Assembly (NCBI GenBank): GCA_041178345.1
Contig: JBEGVQ010000167.1
Span: 8,986 to 72,985 of the forward strand
Length of the DNA stretch: 64,000 nucleotides
Direction of reading: 5' to 3'
DNA from: Acidobacteriota bacterium
GTDB taxonomy: Bacteria > Acidobacteriota > Vicinamibacteria > Vicinamibacterales > UBA2999
A model generated the notes under the pieces. It did no database searches, was not told the DNA's origin, and saw only the letters and a program-made list of their open reading frames with translations. A program made the position numbers and the translations under genes. Below are positions 1-8,978 of the stretch, one piece after another; the stretch's first letter is position 1; each line of letters begins with the position of its first letter.

Positions 1-170
1 CCGCCGGCGTCGAACTCGAGGACGGGCGCGGCCGGCGGACCTGGAGCGCGCAGCTGCAGGTGAGCAACCTGTCGAACCGAACCGCCCTCTACAACTTCCA
101 ATCGGTGTTCGTGGGCACCCGCGTGGTCGCCCCGCGCACGGTGTCGCTCCGCGTGGCGCGAAACTTCTAG
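1..170 (+). CDS. 3' end of an outer-membrane beta-barrel protein (TonB-dependent-receptor-like), partial
   Basis: Frame 3 is open from the window edge to TAG 168-170. Hand translation ends ...LYNFQSVFVGTRVVAPRTVSLRVARNF, with the terminal aromatic residue typical of OM barrels. It is absent from the ORF track because no start lies in the window. Confidence 0.4.
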   Translation, partial: AGVELEDGRGRRTWSAQLQVSNLSNRTALYNFQSVFVGTRVVAPRTVSLRVARNF

Positions 171-218
171 CCGCGGAATCGGGCCCTGGCCGGCCGGCTG
201 TCGCACTAGCATGGAGGT

Positions 219-656
219 ATGGCCGACCTGGCGCACCCTTCCCGCTCCGAGTTCACCGTGCTCCGCGCCATCCCCACGCGCTGGATGGACAACGACCACT
301 ACGGCCACGTCAACAACGTCGCCTATTACTCCTTCTTCGACACCGCCGTGAACGGCTTCCTGCTGGACGCCACCGGCACCGACATCCGCGACCTGCCAGC
401 CATTGGCATCGTCGCCGAGTCGGGGTGTCAGTTCCTGGACGCGCTGAGCTTTCCGGAGACGATTCACGCCGGAATCGGCCTTGAACGCCTCGGCACCACC
501 AGCGTCGTGTACCGAATTGCGTTGTTCAGGGAAGGGCAGGACCAGCCCTGCGCCGTGGGCCGGTTTGTGCACGTCTACGTGGACCGGACCACGCGCCGGC
601 CGGTCGCCATCCCGGCCGTGATCAAGGCCGTGCTGGACGGACTGAAACAAGGCTAG
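219..656 (+). CDS. acyl-CoA thioesterase, 4HBT/YbgC-like hotdog fold
   Basis: 145-aa ORF with the motif DNDHYGHVNNVAYYSFFD, characteristic of 4HBT thioesterases. Confidence 0.8.
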   Translation: MADLAHPSRSEFTVLRAIPTRWMDNDHYGHVNNVAYYSFFDTAVNGFLLDATGTDIRDLPAIGIVAESGCQFLDALSFPETIHAGIGLERLGTTSVVYRIALFREGQDQPCAVGRFVHVYVDRTTRRPVAIPAVIKAVLDGLKQG

Positions 657-664
657 GCCGCAGA

Positions 665-703
665 AGACAGCCACAGATTGGTCGCAGATTAGACGGATTC
701 CAC
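665..703. repeat. AGACAGCCACAGATT / CAGATTAG-type short repeat cluster (family F4)
   Basis: agacagccacagattggtcgcagattagacggattcc. The same core recurs at 6282-6425 in both orientations. Confidence 0.8.
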
Positions 704-731
704 CGACCGAAACGTGGGCTAGAATGGCCGC

Positions 732-1898
732 ATGTTGGAGGGGATCATGCCCGAGTGTTCCAGGCGGTCGATGGCCGCCGTCGTCCTCATCGTGTTCGCG
801 GGTGTCGCCACCGCCGTGTTCCCGGCAGGTGCGCAGACGCCGGCGGCAAAGCCGACTGCGACCAAGGGCAAGCCCTGGGTGGTGCCGCGCACGGCCGACG
901 GCAAGCCAGACCTGCAGGGGAACTGGACCAACGAGACGCAAACGCCCCTCGAGCGCATGGGCGCCGGCGGCACGACGCTGACCGATCAGCAGGCCGCGGC
1001 GATCGAAGATCGCGCGCAACTGGTCGAAGAGATCCGCGACCAGCCGAGCGATCCCAATCGTGGCGCGCCGCCGAAGGGCGGGGGTAGCGGCGGGTTCTCG
1101 GCGCCGGGCCAGCAATCGTTCATCGAGATCATCTCCGAGGCCGCCGGCGGCGCGGTGGGCGGCTACAACGGCTTCTGGCTCGACCCGGGCCTGAACGTGA
1201 TTCGCATCGATGGCGTCGCGCGCAGCTCGATCATCATCGATCCGCCGAACGGCCGGGTGCCGGCGCTGACCGATGCCGGCAAGAAGCGGCTGGCCGAGAT
1301 CGGCGCGCGCGCCCGGAAGTTCGGCGAGTTCGATCACCCCGAGATGCGGCCGCTGGCGGATCGCTGCCTGGTGTCGTTCGGCTCGAACGCCGGGCCGCCC
1401 ATGCTGCCGAATTACTTCTACAACAACAACTACACCATCGTGCAGACCAAGGATCACGTGATGATCCTCTCGGAGATGAACCACGACGCGCGCATCATCC
1501 GCCTGAACGCGAAAGATGCCCTGCCGGACGCCATTCGTCCGTGGTTCGGCGAATCGGCCGGCCGGTGGGAAGGCGACACCCTGGTCGTCGAGACCACGAA
1601 GATCAACCCGATGCAGCTGGCGCAGAACAGCATCCTGTGGGCATATCGCGGCGCGTCGGAGAAGCTCAAGGTTACCGAGCGCTTCACGCGCACCGGCCCG
1701 GACACCATCGTCTATCGCTTCACGATGGAAGACCCCGACACGTTCACCGCGCCGTTCACCGGCGAGCTGCCGTTCAACCGCATCGACGAGATGGTCTACG
1801 AGTACGCGTGCCACGAGGGCAACCACGCGATGGAGAACATCCTCTCCGGGGAGCGCTCGAGGGAACGGCAGTCAGCAGAGGCGAAGAAGCCGCAGTAG
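732..1898 (+). CDS. secreted conserved hypothetical protein
   Basis: 388-aa ORF with a signal-like N-terminus (MAAVVLIVFAGVATAVFPAGAQ). Codon third positions are GC-rich. I recognise no family. The start could be 732, 747 or 771. Confidence 0.65.
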   Translation: MLEGIMPECSRRSMAAVVLIVFAGVATAVFPAGAQTPAAKPTATKGKPWVVPRTADGKPDLQGNWTNETQTPLERMGAGGTTLTDQQAAAIEDRAQLVEEIRDQPSDPNRGAPPKGGGSGGFSAPGQQSFIEIISEAAGGAVGGYNGFWLDPGLNVIRIDGVARSSIIIDPPNGRVPALTDAGKKRLAEIGARARKFGEFDHPEMRPLADRCLVSFGSNAGPPMLPNYFYNNNYTIVQTKDHVMILSEMNHDARIIRLNAKDALPDAIRPWFGESAGRWEGDTLVVETTKINPMQLAQNSILWAYRGASEKLKVTERFTRTGPDTIVYRFTMEDPDTFTAPFTGELPFNRIDEMVYEYACHEGNHAMENILSGERSRERQSAEAKKPQ

Positions 1899-1922
1899 GC
1901 GGCGCGCCAGGCCTCGCCCGTC

Positions 1923-2303
1923 CTAGAAGCCTTCGATGAGCACGAACTGCGCCGTCGCGGCGCCCTCGCGGAGTTTCCTGGCGGCCACGTAGCCCGGGGA
2001 GTTGAAGAACTCCTGGGCTCGTTCGAAACTGGGGAACTCGATGATCACGACGCGGCTGGGCGCCGCGGGGCCTTCGAGCGTGGCGGTGCGGCCGCCGCGG
2101 GCGATGAAGTGTCCGCCGGCCTTCTCGATCAGCGCCGGCGTCAGCTTCGCGTACTCCGCGTACTGCTGCGGATTGGTAACCTCCACCTGCGCGATGATGT
2201 AGCCCTTCTTGCCGGTGCCTTGAAAGGCTCCCGCGCCTGCGATCGCGACAGTAGCGAACACGATCGCGAGTGCGAACTTCATCTTCGTCATCACCATCCC
2301 CAA
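1923..2303 (-). CDS. DUF1330 domain protein with signal peptide
   Basis: 126 aa. GYIIAQVEVTNPQQYAEYAKL...VVIIEFPSFERAQEFFNSPGY matches the DUF1330 pattern. Confidence 0.75.
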   Translation of the reverse strand: MGMVMTKMKFALAIVFATVAIAGAGAFQGTGKKGYIIAQVEVTNPQQYAEYAKLTPALIEKAGGHFIARGGRTATLEGPAAPSRVVIIEFPSFERAQEFFNSPGYVAARKLREGAATAQFVLIEGF

Positions 2304-2351
2304 TCTGTTGCTTCTTCATTAGTTCCGCACTCTGGCACGAGGGCGGGGCGC

Positions 2352-3587
2352 TTAAATGTCCTTCAGCCCGTGTCCCTTGATCAGGAAGAACGTGGCGACC
2401 AGCGCGAGGACAAGGCCGTTCACCATCAGCACCATCGGTGCTGAGCCGACCTGCGTCACCAGCCAGCCGGCGGCGAGGCCGCCGAGCGGCGAGCCGCCGC
2501 GGAACGCCACCATGTAGATGCTGACGACGCGGCCGCGCAGTTCGGCGGGGGCGAGCAATTGCGCCAGCGAGGTGGTGAGCGAGAAGCACATCACGAGCAG
2601 GCCGCCCGCCAGGAACAGGATCGCTGCGCTCAGGAGCGGCGTCCGCGACAGCGAGAACGCCGCCATCGCCACGCCGAAGAGTCCCAGGAACACCAGCAGC
2701 AGCCGGCCGATGTGGCGATGCTTGCCAATCCACGCCACGACCAGCGCGCCGACGACGGCGCCGGCGCCCGAGCAGGTCATCAGCCACGAATAGAACGCCA
2801 CGTCCTGCTGGAACACGTCCTTGGTGATGACCGGCAGGAACGTCAGCAGTGGCAGGCCCAGGAACGCGCCGATGAACCCGAGCGCGGTCACCGACATCAG
2901 GTTGCGCGAGTTGCGGACGTAGCGCAGGCCGTCCTTCATCTGCTCCAGCATGTTGCTGGTCGCCGCCGGCGGCACGTGGATGTTGCGCAGCGCGAGAATC
3001 GCCGCAATCACGAACAGGAACGACACGCCGTTCAGCCCGAAGCACGCCACCATGCCGAACGCGGCCAGGGCCGTGCCGGCGACGATCGGGCCAATCACGC
3101 GCGCGAGGTTGAACTGGATCGAGTTGAGCGCCACCGCGTTCGGGAGATCGTCCTTGGGCACGAGCGTGGGCACGAGCGACTGGTACGCCGGTCCGCCAAA
3201 GGCCTGGGCCAATCCCGTGATGAACGACAGCGTCAGGACCATCCAGATCTGGATCGTTTCGGTGAAGACCAGCGCCGCCAGCGTGAACGCGACCGTCATC
3301 TGCACGACCTGCGACATCAGCATCATGTGCCGGCGGTCGCGGCGATCGGCGACCACGCCGCCGATCAGCGTGAACAGCAGGATCGGCGCTTCGCCGACGA
3401 ACGCGTCCAGGCCGATGTAGAACGCCGACGCCGATCCGGTCATGGTGACGATCAGCCACGCCTGAGCGATTTTCTGCATCCAGGTGCCGATGCTCGAGGT
3501 GAGCGCGCCCAACCACAGGAGCCGGAAGTTGCGATGGGTGAGGGCAACCGCAATGCGTAATGCGGCTTGATTCAATCGGTTTTGCAA
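2352..3587 (-). CDS. MFS transporter (EntS/MFS_3-like)
   Basis: 411 aa with about 12 hydrophobic segments. The N-terminus NFRLLWLGALTSSIGTWMQ is typical of this MFS subgroup. Confidence 0.85.
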   Translation of the reverse strand: MQNRLNQAALRIAVALTHRNFRLLWLGALTSSIGTWMQKIAQAWLIVTMTGSASAFYIGLDAFVGEAPILLFTLIGGVVADRRDRRHMMLMSQVVQMTVAFTLAALVFTETIQIWMVLTLSFITGLAQAFGGPAYQSLVPTLVPKDDLPNAVALNSIQFNLARVIGPIVAGTALAAFGMVACFGLNGVSFLFVIAAILALRNIHVPPAATSNMLEQMKDGLRYVRNSRNLMSVTALGFIGAFLGLPLLTFLPVITKDVFQQDVAFYSWLMTCSGAGAVVGALVVAWIGKHRHIGRLLLVFLGLFGVAMAAFSLSRTPLLSAAILFLAGGLLVMCFSLTTSLAQLLAPAELRGRVVSIYMVAFRGGSPLGGLAAGWLVTQVGSAPMVLMVNGLVLALVATFFLIKGHGLKDI

Positions 3588-3607
3588 CAGGGTAGATTTT
3601 ATGCGAT

Positions 3608-5431
3608 TTGAGTATGCTAGGCCGCATGAAGAACATCCACCTCCGCCAAGGCGACGGCGGACAAGTCGACCAGACGCGGCGGCGGTTCATGGCCCACTTC
3701 GCGGGCGCGGGCCTGGGCGCCACGCTGGCCCCGGGCATTTTGTGGGCCCGCATGCAGGATGCCGGCGCCCAGCGCGTCACCCTGGCCATGGTCACCGACG
3801 CCCTCAGGCTGTCGGGTATCGAGCTGACGGAAGAGGAGCGCACGGCGCTCGTCGAGGGCGCCAATCGCAACCTCACCGGCTATGAAGCCATCCGCAAGCT
3901 CCACATCCCGCCCGATGTCTCGCCGCCGTTCCACTTCAGCCCGGTCGTGCCCGGCCTCACCGTGAACAAGACCCGGCAGCCCTTCCGCCTGAGCTCGGCG
4001 CCGTCGGTCAAGCGCCCGGCCAATCTCGAGGACGTCGCGTTCTGGCCGGTGCGCCACCTGGCCGAGCTGGTGCGCACCAGGCAAGTGTCGTCGCTCGAAC
4101 TCACCGAGATGTACCTGGCCCGCCTGCACCGCTACAACCCGCTCCTGAACAACGTGGTCACCTTTCTGGACGATTACGGCCGCGCCGAGGCCAGGCGCGC
4201 AGACGGCGAGATCGCCGCCGGCAAGTACAAGGGACCGCTGCACGGCATTCCGTGGGGCGCCAAGGACATCATCACCGTCAAGGGCCATCCGACGACGTGG
4301 GGGTCGGCGCCGTTCAAGGAACAGGTGCTCGACTACGACGCCAGCGTGGTGGAGATGTTGCGCGACGCCGGGGCGGTGCTGATTGCCAAGGTCACGACCG
4401 GTGAGCTGGCGGGCGGCGACAACTGGTTCGGCGGCCAGACCAAGAACCCGTGGGATCCCACCCAGGGCTCGAGCGGCTCGTCTGCCGGCCCTTCGTCCGC
4501 AACGGCGGCCGGGTGCATTGCCTTCGGGATTGGCACCGAGACCAGCGGATCGATCCTCAGCCCGTCGGCGCGCTGCGGCCTCGCGGGCCTGCGACCCACG
4601 TTCGGCCGGATCAGCCGTCACGGCTGCATGGCGTTGTCGTGGACGCTCGATCGCCTCGGTCCCATCTGCCGCTACGCCGAAGACACCGCCATCGTCATGC
4701 AGGCCATCGCGAAGCCCGACGGCCGCGACATGAGCGTGACCGACGTGCCGTTCAACTGGAACGCGCAGTTCGACATCAAGAAGCTGCGGGTCGGAATCGT
4801 CCAGGATTCGTTCGACAGCATCACCAACGCGTCGGCCAAGGCCAACGCCGAGAAGATGCTCGAGACGCTGCGCGCGATTGGCGTCGCGCAGTTCATCCCG
4901 GTGGACGTGCCCGAGTTCAACCCGAGCGTCAGCGGCCTCAACGTCGAGCGCACGGCGTATTTCGACGAGCACATCCGCGCCGGCCGCATGAACGGCACGC
5001 GTGGCGGCAACCAGGCCAACGGCCGCCTCATTCCGGCGCCCGACTACCTGCAGCAGCAGCGCGCGCGCATGATGATGATGATCGAGCTGGCCAAGGCCAC
5101 CTCGCACGTCGACGTCTACATCGTGGGATCAAACAACACCGGCGTCGGTGGCGGAGGCCGTCCGCCAGGCGCGGCCGGCGCGCCGCCCGCGGCGCCGCCG
5201 CCCGATCGGCCGCAGACGCCGACGCAGCGCCACTCGGGCATGGCCAACTCGGCCGGCTACCCGGCCATCAACCTGCCGAATGGCTTTGCCGACACCGGCA
5301 GCCCGACCAACGCGACGATTTTCGGTCAGCCGTATCGCGAGCTGGAAATCATCGCGCTCGCGAAGGCCTATCAGGATGCAGCCGGCTTCCACACGAGGAA
5401 GCCGGCCAAGTTGGTGGAGGCAACCCTTTAG
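3608..5431 (+). CDS. amidase (amidase-signature family), Tat-exported
   Basis: 607 aa with a twin-arginine motif (TRRRFMAHFAGAGLGA) and the amidase signature GSSGSSAGPSSATAAGCIAFGIGTETSGSILSPS. Confidence 0.9.
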   Translation: MSMLGRMKNIHLRQGDGGQVDQTRRRFMAHFAGAGLGATLAPGILWARMQDAGAQRVTLAMVTDALRLSGIELTEEERTALVEGANRNLTGYEAIRKLHIPPDVSPPFHFSPVVPGLTVNKTRQPFRLSSAPSVKRPANLEDVAFWPVRHLAELVRTRQVSSLELTEMYLARLHRYNPLLNNVVTFLDDYGRAEARRADGEIAAGKYKGPLHGIPWGAKDIITVKGHPTTWGSAPFKEQVLDYDASVVEMLRDAGAVLIAKVTTGELAGGDNWFGGQTKNPWDPTQGSSGSSAGPSSATAAGCIAFGIGTETSGSILSPSARCGLAGLRPTFGRISRHGCMALSWTLDRLGPICRYAEDTAIVMQAIAKPDGRDMSVTDVPFNWNAQFDIKKLRVGIVQDSFDSITNASAKANAEKMLETLRAIGVAQFIPVDVPEFNPSVSGLNVERTAYFDEHIRAGRMNGTRGGNQANGRLIPAPDYLQQQRARMMMMIELAKATSHVDVYIVGSNNTGVGGGGRPPGAAGAPPAAPPPDRPQTPTQRHSGMANSAGYPAINLPNGFADTGSPTNATIFGQPYRELEIIALAKAYQDAAGFHTRKPAKLVEATL

Positions 5432-5438
5432 GGTTGCC

Positions 5439-6281
5439 TTACTTCTTTAGCCGTGAAGCCCACTCCTTGAGCGACGTGGGCTTCACGCCGTACTTCGACG
5501 CATTCCCGGCAATGTCGGCGTCGTAACCGACGGCCTCGAACCACTCCAGCATCAGCGCGAAGTCGTCGCTATTCTTGCGGATCTCGCTCATCGGGATCTG
5601 CCGGTACTCGATCGTGCGGCCGAGCGCGCCGCTCAGGATCGCGGCGGTCTGCGGCATGGTGGCCGCATCGCCGGCAATGTCGAGCTCGAGGTTCCTGAAG
5701 CGCTCGTCGGTGAACGCGAGCGCGCCGTACTGGCCGATGTCGCTCACGGCAATCATCTGGAGGACCGTCTTCGGGTCGAGCGCGCTCACCAGCTTGTCGC
5801 CGTTCAGGAACCACGGGCTGGGCAGGTTCTCCATGAAGAACACCGGCCGAATGATGGCGTAGGAGGTGAACCCGAGGCTGCGCACCGTGTCTTCGACGCG
5901 AGACTTGTTGTCGAAGTGGGGAATGCCGGTCTTGCGATCGGCCGACGCCACCGACGCATACACGAAGTGCTGCACGCCGGCCGCGCGCGCGGCCTTGGCG
6001 AAGCGGTGCCCCTGTGCTTCTTCACCTGCTACGCCAGCGGTCCAGGTGTTCTGCACGGCATAGGCGCCCCAGGCATCCGCCAGCGCCGCCTTCAGCGACC
6101 CTTCATCGTCCAGGTCGCCCTTGACGAGCTCGGCGCCGGTGGCGGCCAATGCCTTGGCCGCGTCGCTGTCGGGATTGCGCGTAAGCGCGCGGATTTGGAA
6201 ACCCTTGCCGGCCAGAGCGCGGGCCGTCGCGCCGCCCTGCTGGCCAGTGGCGCCGGAGATGAGCACGATGCGATTCGTCAT
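5439..6281 (-). CDS. NmrA-family NAD(P)-binding protein
   Basis: MTNRIVLISGATGQQGGATARAL is a Rossmann motif. The ATG at 6281 is preferred over the GTG at 6287. Confidence 0.85.
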   Translation of the reverse strand: MTNRIVLISGATGQQGGATARALAGKGFQIRALTRNPDSDAAKALAATGAELVKGDLDDEGSLKAALADAWGAYAVQNTWTAGVAGEEAQGHRFAKAARAAGVQHFVYASVASADRKTGIPHFDNKSRVEDTVRSLGFTSYAIIRPVFFMENLPSPWFLNGDKLVSALDPKTVLQMIAVSDIGQYGALAFTDERFRNLELDIAGDAATMPQTAAILSGALGRTIEYRQIPMSEIRKNSDDFALMLEWFEAVGYDADIAGNASKYGVKPTSLKEWASRLKK

Positions 6282-6425
6282 GGCCACAGATTAGCGCAGA
6301 TTCAAGACAGCCACCGATTAGACACCGATTCGACACGGATGCGAGTTCGCTGGCTCAATAATCTGTGTTTCATCGGTGCCTAATCCGTGGCTGTCTGATC
6401 TCCTAATCCGTGGCTCGAATGGCTG
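6282..6425. repeat. inverted cluster of AGCCAC[AC]GATTAG units (family F4)
   Basis: The left arm (6282-6340) carries gccacagattag, agacagccaccgattag and caccgattcg. The right arm (6355-6425) carries the reverse complements ctaatccgtggctgtct and ctaatccgtggct. Confidence 0.85.
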
Positions 6426-6739
6426 TGCTGGGCGAGATGCCGGCGGCACGCCATGCCGGGATGAAGGCTGCTGCCAGTGAGGCGATCCCCAGCAGCCCGG
6501 CGGCCGTGGCCAGCGTGGCCACGGCGAACGGGCGGACCTGGAACATGGCCATTGGCACGTAGAGTTGCTCGCCGGCCGCCTCGGCGCCGGCCGAGGGCGA
6601 GCACGCTAATGGCGGTGAGCGTAAAGCCTGGATGGCGAAGCAGGAGCCGAAGGCTGTAGCGAAGATCTTGCAGCATGCTGCCCGAAGTAGACGGCTTTGC
6701 GGCTTGCTGAGCTCTTAGAATCGGCGTTATCTGCGTCAT
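6403..6739 (-). pseudogene. internally deleted ADOP/MacB-FtsX-type permease remnant
   Basis: The N-terminal 50 aa (MLQDLRYSLRLLLRHPGFTLTAISVLALG) match the start of ADOP permeases. After a frame change, the hand-translated C-terminus ...LLGIASLAAAFIPAWRAAGISPSTAIRATD* matches the last TM and tail of the same family. The roughly 700-aa middle is missing. Confidence 0.7.
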
Positions 6740-6763
6740 CTTCGGCCCTTGAACATCTGTGGC

Positions 6764-6820
6764 TTGACTTTCGCTTTTTATTCGCTACAATGACAAAAGT
6801 TAAGCGAATAGAGGTGAAAT
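6764..6820 (+). promoter_or_regulatory. sigma70-like promoter, 8-bp inverted repeat operator and SD for imuA
   Basis: TTGACT (6764-6769), 16-nt spacer, TACAAT (6786-6791). TATTCGCT (6779-6786) and AGCGAATA (6803-6810) form a perfect inverted repeat spanning the -10 box and the start site. GAGGTGA lies at 6811-6817. Confidence 0.6.
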
Positions 6821-7645
6821 ATGGCCGTCCGCGCCACCGTAGAAGCCCTGCTCCGAGAGCGAAACCTCGACCGAACCCTCACCTCTGCCATTCCCGAACG
6901 CCTGGGGGAAGACGCGGTCTCGCCGCTGGACGTCGAGGCCCTTGATCGCGGACTCGCCGGTGGCTTGCCGCGCGGGCAGGTGTCTGAAGTGGTGGGACCG
7001 GCTTCGTCTGGTCGTACGGGACTGGTGTGGGCCGCGTTGGCGGCGGCGACCCGCCGTGGCGAAACCGTGGCCCTGATCGACACCTTCGATCGCTTCGACC
7101 CGCCGACGGCAGCGGCCTGCGGCCTCGTGCTGCCGCGCCTGCTGTGGGTGCGTGGCCAGGCGGTATCGAAAACCGCGGTGGCCATCGACCCGGCCTGGCT
7201 CCCGGGCGTGCGCGCGGTCAACGGCCCCGGCACGTTCGTCGAGCGGGTGATCGATCGCGCGATTAAGTCGCTGAATTTGGTCGTCCAGTCGGGCGTGTGC
7301 ACGCTGGTCGCGATCGACCTGATCGACGTGCCGGCGCAGGCGCTGCGCCGGTTGCCGGCCTCCACCTGGTTCCGCATCGAACGCGCCATTGAAGGCCGCG
7401 ACACGGCGGTCGTCATTCTCGCCGCTCAGCCGGTGGCTCGCAGTAGCGGCGGCCGATCGATCGCGATGGGAACCGACTCCCGTGTTTCGACTCCCGACTC
7501 CCGACTCCCGACTCCCGTCTGGAAAGGCGGCCACGATCGCACGCGCCGCCTGGGTGGTGTTCGCTCTGGCGCGGCCGTCTCGGCCGCCCGCTGGTTGCAC
7601 GCCCAGCCAGTCGCTGTTCACACCCGTTTCGTGCCCGCGGTGTAA
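6821..7645 (+). CDS. imuA: ImuA (RecA/SulA-like subunit of the mutagenesis cassette)
   Basis: 274 aa. LDRGLAGGLPRGQVSEVVGPASSGRTGL is the ImuA P-loop-like motif. The gene sits directly upstream of imuB and dnaE2. Confidence 0.75.
   Translation: MAVRATVEALLRERNLDRTLTSAIPERLGEDAVSPLDVEALDRGLAGGLPRGQVSEVVGPASSGRTGLVWAALAAATRRGETVALIDTFDRFDPPTAAACGLVLPRLLWVRGQAVSKTAVAIDPAWLPGVRAVNGPGTFVERVIDRAIKSLNLVVQSGVCTLVAIDLIDVPAQALRRLPASTWFRIERAIEGRDTAVVILAAQPVARSSGGRSIAMGTDSRVSTPDSRLPTPVWKGGHDRTRRLGGVRSGAAVSAARWLHAQPVAVHTRFVPAV
7474..7522. repeat. CGACTCC heptamer tandem tract inside imuA (family F1, minus orientation)
   Basis: cgactcc cgtgttt then 4 perfect cgactcc units (7488-7515) then cgtctgg. Encodes ...DSRVSTPDSRLPTPV. 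Confidence 0.9.
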
Positions 7646-7647
7646 CC

Positions 7648-8961
7648 GTGTTTGCGGCACTCGTTGCTCAGTCGATTCCGGCGGCGGCCACCGTCGCGGT
7701 GGCGCGCGCCTTTACGCCCCGCTTCGAGCAGGTCGGCCCGCTCGTCCTGCTCGATGCCGGCGGCCTGTCGCGCTTGTTCGGCAACGCGCAGGAACTGGGC
7801 ACGCACCTGAGCGAGGCGCTGGCGAAGCACGGCCCCGGCACGTCAGCCCCCAGGGTCGCCATTGCCGCCACGCAGACGGCCGCGGCACTTCTGGCGCTGG
7901 GCCGTCCGGGTCTGACGGTGGTCGAGCCGGGCCACGAAGAGAAAGCGCTCGCATCGCTCAGCATCAGCGTGCTGGACCGCTACGAGAAGCTCAGGGATGC
8001 GTCCCTGAACCGCCATCTCGAGATCCTCTCCAAGTGGGGCATTCGCACGGTAGGTGCCTTTGCCGCGCTGGCGGGCCCAGACGTCTTCGAACGCCTGGGC
8101 GATCGCGGCCTGCAGTGGCAGGCGCTGGCGCGCGGGGTGGAGGTGCGGCCGCTGGTGCCGTGGGTGGACGAAGTGCCGTTCGAAGCCGCCCTCGAACTGG
8201 AATGGCCGATCGAAGGTCTCGAGCCGCTGTCGTTCGTGCTGGCGCGCTTGTTCGAGCCGTTGTCGGAACGGTTGGAGCAGGCCGACCGCGGCGCCGCCAC
8301 GATCTACACCTCGCTGCGCCTCACCACCAAGCGGGTGCACTCGCGCACGCTGCCACTGCCGTCGCCCATGCGCGATGCCAAGACGCTGCGCACGCTGGTG
8401 CTGCTCGATCTCGAAACGCACCCGCCCGATGCACCGATCGACACGGTGCGCGTGTGCATTGAGCCGACCCCGGGCCGCGTGCTGCAGTGGACGTTGCTCG
8501 AACGCGCGCAGCCGGCGCCCGAGCAGGTGTCCACGCTGGTCGCGCGGCTGGGCGCGCTCATGGGCGACACGCATGTCGGCTCGCCGCGACTGGTGGACAC
8601 CTGGAAACCAGGCGCGTTCGAAATGACGGCGTTCCAGGTGCTGGAGTGCTCAAGTGCTGAGGTGCTGAAGTGCGATGCGCAAGACTTGTCGAATGCCCTG
8701 CGCCGATTTCGGTTTCCCGTCCCCACGCGCGTCACCGTGCAGGAAGGCCGCCCCATTCGCGTGGCCACCGATCGCCAGGGTTTCTCGAGCGGCGCCATCG
8801 TCCAGTCCGCGGGACCGTGGCGCACCTCGGGCGAGTGGTGGCAGGAAGGGCAGGCATGGGATCGCGACGAGTGGGACGTGGCCATGGCCGACGGCACTAT
8901 CTATCGACTAGTCGTTGAACGCGGTGTCGGCCAGTGGTTCTTAGAGGGGATCGTGGATTAG
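7648..8961 (+). CDS. imuB: ImuB (Y-family-polymerase-like, inactive scaffold)
   Basis: 437 aa. GTG start 3 nt after the imuA stop. Called from its position between imuA and dnaE2 and an N-terminus of ImuB type (LVLLDAGGLSRLFG). Confidence 0.7.
   Translation: MFAALVAQSIPAAATVAVARAFTPRFEQVGPLVLLDAGGLSRLFGNAQELGTHLSEALAKHGPGTSAPRVAIAATQTAAALLALGRPGLTVVEPGHEEKALASLSISVLDRYEKLRDASLNRHLEILSKWGIRTVGAFAALAGPDVFERLGDRGLQWQALARGVEVRPLVPWVDEVPFEAALELEWPIEGLEPLSFVLARLFEPLSERLEQADRGAATIYTSLRLTTKRVHSRTLPLPSPMRDAKTLRTLVLLDLETHPPDAPIDTVRVCIEPTPGRVLQWTLLERAQPAPEQVSTLVARLGALMGDTHVGSPRLVDTWKPGAFEMTAFQVLECSSAEVLKCDAQDLSNALRRFRFPVPTRVTVQEGRPIRVATDRQGFSSGAIVQSAGPWRTSGEWWQEGQAWDRDEWDVAMADGTIYRLVVERGVGQWFLEGIVD
8637..8676. 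repeat. GGTGCTGR octamer tandem tract inside imuB (family F2)
   Basis: ggtgctgg agtgctca agtgctga ggtgctga agtgcgat. Encodes VLECSSAEVLKCD. Confidence 0.9.
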
Positions 8962-8978
8962 AGGACTCGGAGAGTTTG

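Noticed and set aside
1774-3876. 700-aa ORF on the minus strand
   Set aside because: It runs out of frame or antisense across the DUF1330 and MFS genes and the amidase start. Its Arg/Pro/Gly/Ala-rich composition is typical of shadow ORFs in GC-rich DNA. The in-frame alternatives carry clear family motifs.
3617-5107. 496-aa minus-strand ORF
   Set aside because: It is antisense to the amidase gene, which carries the amidase signature, and has off-frame composition.
5140-5230. Gly/Pro/Ala-rich stretch in the amidase as a repeat element
   Set aside because: It is compositional low complexity with no recurring unit and no match to the repeat families.
6740-6820. Canonical LexA boxes upstream of imuA
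   Set aside because: CTGT-N8-ACAG, CGAAC-N4-GTTCG and GTTC-N7-GTTC patterns are absent. Only the non-canonical TATTCGCT-N16-AGCGAATA palindrome is present, and it is reported separately as a hypothesis.
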